Shown here: positions 56,524-64,000 of the stretch, piece after piece
Layout of the letters: each line of letters opens with the position of its first letter
Numbering within the stretch: position 1 is the first letter of the stretch
NCBI RefSeq assembly: GCF_965222475.1
Contig: NZ_CBDCUB010000003.1
Coordinates: forward strand, 83,073 to 147,072
From: Candidatus Palauibacter sp.
GTDB lineage: Bacteria > Gemmatimonadota > Gemmatimonadetes > Palauibacterales > Palauibacteraceae
Length of the DNA: 64,000 bases
Direction: 5' to 3'
Notes under the pieces: model-generated
Seen by the model: the letters and a program-made list of their open reading frames with translations, nothing else
Told to the model about the DNA's origin: nothing
The model's database searches: none
Made by a program: the position numbers and the translations under genes

Positions 56524-58773
56524 GTGCGGCGGGCGTCGCTTCTCGTCCTCTTCTTCCTGTCGGGGATCAGCGGGCTGGTGTACCAGATCGCATGGGTGCG
56601 GCAGTCCATCTTCACGTTCGGGGTCAGCGTCTACGCCTACAGCGCGGTCATCGGCGCGTACATGATCGGCCTCGCACTGGGCAGCTACGTCATGGGCCGG
56701 CGGATCGACGCCCACGCGCGGCCGCTGGGCACCTATGCGCTGCTGGAAGTGGGGATCGCCGTCCTGGCCGCGCTGTCGCCGTTCCTGCTCGGCGCGCTGC
56801 ACGGTGCATATCCCGGGCTCAGCAACGCCCTCCCGGCCGGAGGTTTCTGGCTCACGCTGATCCGGCTCGTCTTCTCGCTGGCCGTGCTCACGCCGGCGAC
56901 GTTCCTGATCGGGGCCACGCTCCCGGTCATGAGTCGCGTCTACGCGACGCACGGAGGCCGGATCGGGAGCGACGTGGGGTGGCTCTACCTCGTCAACACG
57001 GCGGGCGCCGCGGCAGGGTGCGTCCTAACGGGGCTCGTGTTCCTCCGCTACCTGGGGGCTCTGGAGACGATCTTCCTCGGGGTGGCGATCAACCTCCTCG
57101 TCGCCGCGGGCGCCCTCGCCCTCCCCCGGCTCGCGCGAGCGGGGACGGCGGCCGCCGAGCCGGCACCGGGCGGGGCTGAGGCGGGAGCCGGAGATCCGGA
57201 CGCCACGCGGGGGCGCCCGGGACCTCCGATTTCGGCGCGGGCGCTCAGGTACATCGCGGTGGCCTACGGCCTGTCCGGCTTCATCGCCCTCGGCTACGAA
57301 GTCGTGTGGGCCCGAATCCTCTACATCCACACGTCGCACGCGGCCTATTCGTTCGCTCTCATGCTGACGGTCTTTCTGGCCGGGCTGGCTCTCGGAAGCG
57401 CGGGGGGCAGCTGGATCCTGCGGCGGCGACGGGCGGCGCTGCGAGACTTCGGAGCCCTCCAGCTGGCGGTCGGGCTGCTGGCCATCCTCATCCTGTATGT
57501 GTTCGCGCGGCTCCCGTCCTTCCACTTCCAGGAGAGGCTCGGCGGCTACACCGTCCCGTACGAGTTTCTCATCGCCTTCGTCACCATCTTTCCGCCCACT
57601 CTCCTGCTGGGGGCGATGTTCCCCGTCGTGGGCAGTCTCTACACGCGCGAGCGCGCGGAATCCGTGGGCCTGCGCATCGGACGCGTGAACGCGCTCAATA
57701 CGGTGGGCGCCATCGTGGGCTCGATCGGGACGGGGTTCCTGCTCGTGCCCCTCCTCGGCCTCCGCAACACGACGGTGGCGCTGGCGGCGCTGAACCTCCT
57801 GATCGGGGCGGGCGGGATCCTGCTCGATCGCGGCGCGGGGCGCATTCTCCGCTGGGCGCCGGCGGGGGCGGCCGCCGCCCTCATCCTGGGGGTGGCCGTC
57901 CTGCCGACCGGCTACTACCTCGGCTCGTACTACGAGGAGGCCGACCGCCTCATCTTCTACAAGGAGGGCGTCGAGACGACGGTCGCCGTACTCGAGGTCC
58001 CCGAGGACGACTTGAAGATCTCCTTCGTCAACGGCCGCGACGAAGTGCCGACCGACCGGCAGAGCATGGCGGCCTTCCGGTTGCTGGGTCACCTGCCGCC
58101 GCTCATCCGGCCGGGGGCCCGCAACGCGCTCGTGCTGAGCTTCGGGAACGGGATCGCGACGGGCACCATGGACACGCACGCGATCCCTGTGATCGACGCC
58201 GTCGACCTCTCGCCGGAGATGATCGAGGCCGCGGCCGTCTATGCGGAGGAGAACTACAGCGTCCTCGAGAGCGACAGGCTCCGCCTGCACGTGGAGGACG
58301 GGCGCAACTTCCTCCTTCGGACGGAGGATCGCTACGACATCATCTCGGTGGACGCGACGCATCCCGCGAACGCGAGCTCGTGGGCGCTGTTCACGAGCGA
58401 GTTCTACCGGTTGATCGAGAGTCGGCTCGCCGAGGACGGGGTGTTCATGCAGTGGATACCCATCCACGGCGTCCGGGAGAGCGACTACCGGGACATCCTG
58501 CGCACCGTCTGGGATATCTTCCCGCAGATGGTGCTGTGGTCTACGGGGTCGACGCACACGTACGTGGTCGCGACGCGGGAACCGATGACGGCGGTGGTGA
58601 TGCAGTCGATCCTCGCGCGCGCGGCCGCCAACCCGACCGTGGTGCGAGACCTCGGATCGCCGGAGACGATCGCGGGATATGTCTCGATGGTCGGTTCGGA
58701 CCTCACGCGCTACATCGGCCGCGGACCGGTCATCACGGACAACGACGCGTTCTTCATGCCCGGCCGTGACTAG
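56524..58773 (+). CDS. Fused MFS-like membrane domain / spermidine synthase-like methyltransferase
   Basis: FFLSGISGLVYQIAW, GATLPV, NTAGA, EDGRNFL, YDIISVD, LAEDGVFMQW. Confidence 0.88.
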   Translation: MRRASLLVLFFLSGISGLVYQIAWVRQSIFTFGVSVYAYSAVIGAYMIGLALGSYVMGRRIDAHARPLGTYALLEVGIAVLAALSPFLLGALHGAYPGLSNALPAGGFWLTLIRLVFSLAVLTPATFLIGATLPVMSRVYATHGGRIGSDVGWLYLVNTAGAAAGCVLTGLVFLRYLGALETIFLGVAINLLVAAGALALPRLARAGTAAAEPAPGGAEAGAGDPDATRGRPGPPISARALRYIAVAYGLSGFIALGYEVVWARILYIHTSHAAYSFALMLTVFLAGLALGSAGGSWILRRRRAALRDFGALQLAVGLLAILILYVFARLPSFHFQERLGGYTVPYEFLIAFVTIFPPTLLLGAMFPVVGSLYTRERAESVGLRIGRVNALNTVGAIVGSIGTGFLLVPLLGLRNTTVALAALNLLIGAGGILLDRGAGRILRWAPAGAAAALILGVAVLPTGYYLGSYYEEADRLIFYKEGVETTVAVLEVPEDDLKISFVNGRDEVPTDRQSMAAFRLLGHLPPLIRPGARNALVLSFGNGIATGTMDTHAIPVIDAVDLSPEMIEAAAVYAEENYSVLESDRLRLHVEDGRNFLLRTEDRYDIISVDATHPANASSWALFTSEFYRLIESRLAEDGVFMQWIPIHGVRESDYRDILRTVWDIFPQMVLWSTGSTHTYVVATREPMTAVVMQSILARAAANPTVVRDLGSPETIAGYVSMVGSDLTRYIGRGPVITDNDAFFMPGRD

Positions 58774-61700
58774 CGTCCGGAGCCTCGGGAGTCCCAGACC
58801 TCGACCGGCACCGGGCCGATCCTGAGCGCGTCCGGGTTCACCCACGGCCGCGCGCCGTACGGCCGCTGCCGCGGCCACACCTCGTCCAGCGTCTCGCCCA
58901 CATAGAGCCGCCCGTCCTTCATCACGTAGGCGATGTCTTCCGTGTTGCGGATGTCGTCGAGCGGGTTCGAGTTCAGCACCATGAGGTCGGCGAGCTTCCC
59001 CACCGAGATCGTCCCCAGGTCGTCCTCCGCTCCGAGGAAATAGGCCCCCTCTACGCTCGCGAGTTCGAGCGCACCCATGGGCCCGAGGGCGGTGGCCGCC
59101 ATCCACACCTCCCAGTGGGAGCAGATGCCGTGCTGCTGGCCGTGCCCGCCGATCGCGCCCCGGCCGCCCTCGGCCATGATGTCGGCCAGACCCTGCGCGA
59201 CGATGGGGAAGATGTAGTCCGTCTTCGGGCGCAGCGCCCGCCGCCGCGTGTGGCCCACGAGTTGCTGCCACGGCATCCAGGCACGGAGCTTCTCGCTCAG
59301 CCACACGTCGCTCTCGCCGAACCAGTATTCGTCGCTCCAGGGCCCGGCCCGCGTGTTGAAGGTGGGGGAGTACACCGCCTCCGCCCGGCCGAAGAACTTC
59401 GCCACATCCCCGTAGATCGGCGCGTAGGTCAGCGAGTGCTCCCACGCCGTCTGGCCGTCCATGATCTTGGTCAGGTTGTGCAGCAGGTCGTTCCCCTGCG
59501 AGGTCACCATGAGGCCGCGGCGGCGTGCGATGTCCGAGACCCACTGCCGCTGGTCGCGCCGCGGCTGCAGGTACTGCTTGATGGAGACCGCGCCCCACGA
59601 CTGGAGCCGCTCGATCTCCTCCTCCGCCACTTCGTACGAAGTGATGTCGTTCTGGCGTGCGGCGTCGCCGAGGTAGAGCGGGTCGCCGGTGCTGTACGTG
59701 CGGGGGCCGATCAGCATCCCGGCTTCGATGAGTTCGGCCGCCGGGAAGACGTCCTGCGACCACATCGAGTTGTCCATGTTGCTCGTGACGCCGTAGGCGA
59801 GCGGGACTGCCGCCTCGAACGCCTTCATGGGGATGATGCCGCGGTACTCGCGGAAGAAGTGCGAGTGCATGTCGATGAAACCGGGGATGATCGTCTTCCC
59901 CGCCAGCGACGTGACGCGGTCCGCCCGCGAGGTGTCGCACTCGCCGACGCAGGCGATCCGCCCGTCGCTTACGAGCACGGTCCCGGACCCGATCACCTGG
60001 CGATCCTCGAGCGTGATGATCCGGGCATCGGTGAGGGCGATCGTCCCCGCGGCGAAGTCCCGCTGCACGCGCAGGTCGACCTCTACCGTGTCGGCCCGCT
60101 CCGCGTCGACGTCGTACGCGATGTACGTCGGGCCGCTCCCGAACTGGACCGTACGCGCGTCCCGCCACGACGGGAAGAGCCCCCCCGTTCGGCTCAGGCG
60201 GCGGACTGGCAGCGTCCCCTTCTTCTTGTCGATCTCGACCGTCCCGCCCCCTGTCCCCGACTCGGGGAACGGGGTCAGGTAGACGTTGTCCCCCTCGTTG
60301 AAGGCGATCCAGTCTCCGGCGGGAGAGATCACGATCTCATCCGCGAACGGGAAGCTTGCGTGCTCCCGCCGGTCGCTCCCGTCGCGGCGCACCGAGACCA
60401 GCGTGGAGGCCTCGCCGCGTTCCATTCCCAATTGGGGATAGAAGATCCTGCCGTCCGGCCCGAACGATGGGCGCACGAATTGTGTGCGCGTGGAGAGGGT
60501 GGGTCCGGAAACGCGGGTCACCTCGGCCGCAGGACCCCCATTGGCCGGGAGGAGGACGATGTCGAACCAGGGGCCGTGCGCGTAGGTGCGGGTGCGGGCG
60601 GTCACGCCCGAGCCGCGGACGACCAAGATCCGCTCGCCGTCCGTGCTCCACACCGTCTGGCTGTATTCCCCGTATTCCTCCGACAACTGAACCGGTTCCG
60701 CGCCGCCGTCCCCGACCCGGGCCTTCCACACATGGCCCGCGCCCGCTTCGTCGACGCTCGTGAACGCGATCCACTCGCCGTCGGGCGACCACGCCGGGGA
60801 GTACTCGAAATCGGTGAACGAGTCCGGCGTCAGCCGGCGCGGCGTTCCCGCGGGAACGTCCATGACCCACACCTTGCCCACCGCCTGGAAGGCCAGCCGG
60901 CGGCCATCGGGCGAACCGACCTGCCAGCGCGTGAAGCGAGCGCGGAACTCGCCCTCATGGATGTCGATGGGGGCGTATGCCTGCTCCGAGATCACCCGGT
61001 GGACGCGCGCCTCGAAGGGGATCGTCTCCACTTCCCCGCTCTCGACGTCCAGGCGGCGGATCTTCCCGCCCTGGGCGAGGACGATGGACCGCCCGTCGCG
61101 AGACCACGCGTAGCCGGGCAGGACGCGCAGCGTGTTCGTGTCCTCGACCATGTCGCGCTCGATCGGGTCCATGATCACGCGTTCCGCGCCGGTGCGGAGG
61201 TCGCGCAGCCAGAGTGCCGTGCGCGGGCCGTACTCGTGCCCCTTCCACACGATCGTGCCGTCCGGAATCCGCCGCGCGAAGGCGAGCCAGCGCCCATCCG
61301 GCGACACTTCGGGCGCCCACGCGCCTCCGCTCGAGAGCCTGTACTGACGGGACGGCTCCCCGTGCGTGATAGAGATGATGTCGCCGCTCCGCAGGTCCAT
61401 GCGGCGCAGGTTGTACGCTCCCTGGAGGGCGTCGCGCTCGGCGGCCGGCGGCCCCGCGTGGTCGTCGAACCCATCGAACCCAGGATCGGCGAAGGCCACC
61501 CCCTGCCCCGGCGTACTGATGTGGAAGTACAGGGAGCGGCCATCCGCGGAGACCGAAGGCCAAGAGGGGTTCTCGACCTCGTCCCCCACGAGTTCCACGC
61601 CTGCCCCGCCGTCCCGGTGGTACATCCAGATCCCGCGCGCCCGCGCGCCGTCCAGTTCGTAGCGGCGTACCACGATGTAGCGGCTATCCGGCGTCCACGC

Positions 61701-62183
61701 GGGCTCGACCACGCGCACGTCCATATCCTCGAACACGGGCCGGGGGTTTCCGCCGTCGGCGTCCATCACCCAGAGGTTGTTCTGGCCTCCACGGTCCGAC
61801 ACGAAGGCGATCAAAGCGCCATCGGGCGAGATGCGGGGGTGGAAGTTGATCGCCACGCCGCTGTTCTGCGTAAGGGCGACGGCTTCGCCTCCTTCCGCCG
61901 ACACGCGGTACACGTGCCCGAGGAGGTCGAACACGACCCAGCCGCCGTCGGGGGCGACATCGACCGACATCCAGGTCCCCTCGCGGGTCGTGAAGTCGAT
62001 CTCGCGCGTCTCGCCGTACGCACCCGTGACATCCCACGCACCGGCATCCTGGACGCGACTCCGGGGCCCGCCCGGATCGGCCTCCTGCGCGAGCAGCCCA
62101 CCCCCGCTTTCGGGGCAGAGACTTGCGGCTACAGCGACGACGAGGGCGGAAACGAGGACGGGGGTGTGGCGTGACTTCGACAC
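58770..62183 (-). CDS. Secreted amidohydrolase with N-terminal TolB/PD40 beta-propellers
   Basis: REGTWMSVDVAPDG, repeated SPDG blades, PGFIDMHSH, GGHGQQHG, GKLADL; AAGGAGG RBS before GTG 62183. Confidence 0.9.
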   Translation of the reverse strand: MSKSRHTPVLVSALVVAVAASLCPESGGGLLAQEADPGGPRSRVQDAGAWDVTGAYGETREIDFTTREGTWMSVDVAPDGGWVVFDLLGHVYRVSAEGGEAVALTQNSGVAINFHPRISPDGALIAFVSDRGGQNNLWVMDADGGNPRPVFEDMDVRVVEPAWTPDSRYIVVRRYELDGARARGIWMYHRDGGAGVELVGDEVENPSWPSVSADGRSLYFHISTPGQGVAFADPGFDGFDDHAGPPAAERDALQGAYNLRRMDLRSGDIISITHGEPSRQYRLSSGGAWAPEVSPDGRWLAFARRIPDGTIVWKGHEYGPRTALWLRDLRTGAERVIMDPIERDMVEDTNTLRVLPGYAWSRDGRSIVLAQGGKIRRLDVESGEVETIPFEARVHRVISEQAYAPIDIHEGEFRARFTRWQVGSPDGRRLAFQAVGKVWVMDVPAGTPRRLTPDSFTDFEYSPAWSPDGEWIAFTSVDEAGAGHVWKARVGDGGAEPVQLSEEYGEYSQTVWSTDGERILVVRGSGVTARTRTYAHGPWFDIVLLPANGGPAAEVTRVSGPTLSTRTQFVRPSFGPDGRIFYPQLGMERGEASTLVSVRRDGSDRREHASFPFADEIVISPAGDWIAFNEGDNVYLTPFPESGTGGGTVEIDKKKGTLPVRRLSRTGGLFPSWRDARTVQFGSGPTYIAYDVDAERADTVEVDLRVQRDFAAGTIALTDARIITLEDRQVIGSGTVLVSDGRIACVGECDTSRADRVTSLAGKTIIPGFIDMHSHFFREYRGIIPMKAFEAAVPLAYGVTSNMDNSMWSQDVFPAAELIEAGMLIGPRTYSTGDPLYLGDAARQNDITSYEVAEEEIERLQSWGAVSIKQYLQPRRDQRQWVSDIARRRGLMVTSQGNDLLHNLTKIMDGQTAWEHSLTYAPIYGDVAKFFGRAEAVYSPTFNTRAGPWSDEYWFGESDVWLSEKLRAWMPWQQLVGHTRRRALRPKTDYIFPIVAQGLADIMAEGGRGAIGGHGQQHGICSHWEVWMAATALGPMGALELASVEGAYFLGAEDDLGTISVGKLADLMVLNSNPLDDIRNTEDIAYVMKDGRLYVGETLDEVWPRQRPYGARPWVNPDALRIGPVPVEVWDSRGSGR

Positions 62184-62522
62184 GGGAACCTCCTTGAGAT
62201 GAGCCTGGCAGCCTGCAGGAAGCTGGTCCCGGAGCAGCGGCGGCAGCAAGACAACCGTTCTGTGCCGCGCGGGTCGGAGATCGAACTCTTCCCTCGGGGC
62301 AGCGCCTGCAGGTGGGCCAGACGCAGAGCCGTGCCAGACGTTCGAGTGGCCGGAGTCGTCACGCTGGTACGGAGGGGACATCGCGGCGCTCGCGAGTAGG
62401 AAGAGAGTTTCCGGCAAGGACCTCACACCAGTGTCACAACGGGCATGGCTGGCCGCGGCCCGCCTGAGCAACGGTGCGAGATCTCAAGCACTCGTGGGAG
62501 GAGTCAGCGCCCCTGCATCGGC

Positions 62523-62559
62523 TTAAGCCAATTGAAAGTTCAATCTTCAATTGGCTTAA
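62523..62559. repeat. Perfect 14-bp AT-rich inverted repeat with a 9-bp spacer
   Basis: TTAAGCCAATTGAA-agttcaatc-TTCAATTGGCTTAA. Confidence 0.92.
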
Positions 62560-62669
62560 CGCTTCACAGGGACTCCCAGGAACCCCCGGGCGCCTCAGGT
62601 TGCTCCCTCGGGCGGTGCCGGGCGTCGGCAGATGGGCGGCGGCACACGCGCATTGGACGCCGTACTCCC

Positions 62670-62954
62670 TTCCGGCGTCTCGTGGAGCTACCGGTCACCA
62701 ACGTCCTTGTGACGCACAGCTACTTCGGCTACGTGCTCGACCAGGACCGCCCGCACACCGGGGAGGCGGCGCGCATCGACCGTGTGGAACGCGAGGACGA
62801 GCAGATCGTCGACGTCGTCCAGATCGTCGACGTCGTCCAGATCGGCACGAAGTCGCGCCCGTACCGCTACGGCCGCTACTCCTCGCGTCAGGAGCCGGCG
62901 GTGCACCACTTCCACCGCCTGCTCGCCGCCCGTCTGGAACCGGCGGCCACATGA
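62670..62954 (+). pseudogene. C-terminal remnant of a Rieske-type oxygenase alpha subunit (choline monooxygenase-like), with an 18-bp duplication
   Basis: REDEQIVDVV(QIVDVV)QIG...YRYGRYSSRQEPAVHHFHRLL resembles the ED...VQ.G...G....E..V..FH tail. No Rieske CxH motif upstream. CAGATCGTCGACGTCGTC at 62802 and 62820. Start approximate. Confidence 0.55.
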
Positions 62955-62994
62955 ACGAATCGACACAGTGGGCTGGGCTGGATAGACTGAGACC

Positions 62995-63324
62995 ATGCGC
63001 CGGTTTGCCAACTACCTAATCTTGGTTGCGGTCGTCCTGCCGTATGCGCGCGCCCCGCTCTGCGAGGCGGGATCGCACGAGCACCCCGAAGATCATCACG
63101 CAGGGATGGTCGCTGCGTTCGCGGACGCACCCACTAACGGATCGGACGCCGCGGGCGACTGCCACTCGCTGATGGGCTGCACCGTCGTGCTGCAGACTTC
63201 GCTCGCCGAGGCCGGGCCGGGCTTCCGCGCCTTCTCGCAGGCTTGGGATCCCGCGCTTCAGGGCAGCGCGGCCCCGATCTTGTCGCGCGCCTCTCCGGAC
63301 ACACCCCCTCCGAGAACCATCTGA
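62995..63324 (+). CDS. Small His/Cys-rich secreted protein (DUF2946-like)
   Basis: Signal peptide, CEAGSHEHPEDHH, DCHSLMGC, C-terminal PDTPPPR. Confidence 0.55.
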   Translation: MRRFANYLILVAVVLPYARAPLCEAGSHEHPEDHHAGMVAAFADAPTNGSDAAGDCHSLMGCTVVLQTSLAEAGPGFRAFSQAWDPALQGSAAPILSRASPDTPPPRTI

Positions 63325-63410
63325 ACGGACGTAGCCGCAGAGGCACTCCGACCGCCGTCACGCAGACGTGCCGCGGCCGGGTGCCACCCGTTCAGACGAG
63401 GGGGCATCGC

Positions 63411-64000
63411 ATGCCATCCGTAAGTTTCGCCCGGCATCCAGCAGGGATCCTCGGGCTCGCCGCGTTCGCCGCGGCCTCCGCAGCCGCCTGCGGGTCGGCG
63501 CAGCGCAATGGCGTCTACCGCTTGGCCGCACCCTACAACTTCGCGTTCTACGACACGCACGAAGAGGCGGCGCGATCGTTCTACGCCGCCCATTTCACGC
63601 ACTTCGCCGCGTACGAGATCCTGATGAGCCCGGGGGAGGACACGCCGAGGCAAATGTCCGAGTTCGAGGCGCAGGTCCGGGCGTACATCGCGGATCCGCC
63701 CAGGTTCGAGCCGCCCGCGCAGATCATCGCGCCGGGTTGGACGCGCCTCGCGTTCGAGACCGCCCAGGCGATGGACTGGACGCACATGTTGCACTCCCAG
63801 CTGTACGACATCCTCACGGACGACCGGATCGCCGACAAACGGGCCGCTGGAGAACGAGCCATCGCCTACTACCTGTCGGAGCCGGAGGCCGCGTTTTCCA
63901 CTCGCGGCTACGGACACCGCTTCATGGAGGGCGGCGGGGAGTGGGCCGGCAACTTCTACGCGGCGTATCCGGACATCAACGGGATCCTGTGGGCCTACCA
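63411..64000 (+). CDS. Putative lipoprotein of unknown function, 3'-partial (absent from the ORF track)
   Basis: Open frame from ATG 63411 to the window end: lipobox AAAC, AAHFTHF, MDWTHMLHSQLYDIL. Confidence 0.75.
   Translation, partial: MPSVSFARHPAGILGLAAFAAASAAACGSAQRNGVYRLAAPYNFAFYDTHEEAARSFYAAHFTHFAAYEILMSPGEDTPRQMSEFEAQVRAYIADPPRFEPPAQIIAPGWTRLAFETAQAMDWTHMLHSQLYDILTDDRIADKRAAGERAIAYYLSEPEAAFSTRGYGHRFMEGGGEWAGNFYAAYPDINGILWAY

Noticed and set aside
57025-62174. Very long antisense or alternate-frame ORFs (1047 aa, 1019 aa, and similar ones such as 32372-35182)
   Set aside because: These are typical high-GC shadow ORFs, Arg/Pro/Gly-rich with no motifs, opposite or overlapping well-supported genes.
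62190-62440. Possible riboswitch in the long amidohydrolase leader
   Set aside because: No recognisable cobalamin, glycine, SAM or TPP consensus.

Overview
GC-rich bacterial chromosomal segment. The gene content (secreted serine hydrolases, amidohydrolases, S9/M1/M24 peptidases, 6-bladed propeller and PorV-like proteins) suggests Gemmatimonadota, possibly host-associated; this is inference only. A backbone of peptide/amino-acid scavenging and transport genes is interrupted by small accessory modules: (1) a Vsr + Eco29kI-like REase + C5-MTase locus with an unexplained repeat/palindrome array upstream; (2) an IS3-family element next to a very large McrB-like GTPase and its DUF2357/McrC-like partner, followed by a chimeric orphan antitoxin, an orphan Panacea/SocA-like protein and an uncharacterised 759-aa GHKL ATPase; (3) two tandem VapBC-type modules; (4) a lower-GC three-gene cassette ending in a PemK/MazF toxin; (5) two membrane-anchored 11-residue-repeat coiled-coil genes, one bracketed by identical 19-bp palindrome-containing repeats. 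Other unusual items are a double-YjbQ protein, amidohydrolase paralogues with NxH instead of HxH, an AT-rich perfect 14-bp inverted repeat and two gene remnants. Three genes carry single-base frameshifts in homopolymer runs, which may be sequencing errors. No rRNA, tRNA or CRISPR array was recognised. All family assignments come from motif recognition by eye, not database searches.
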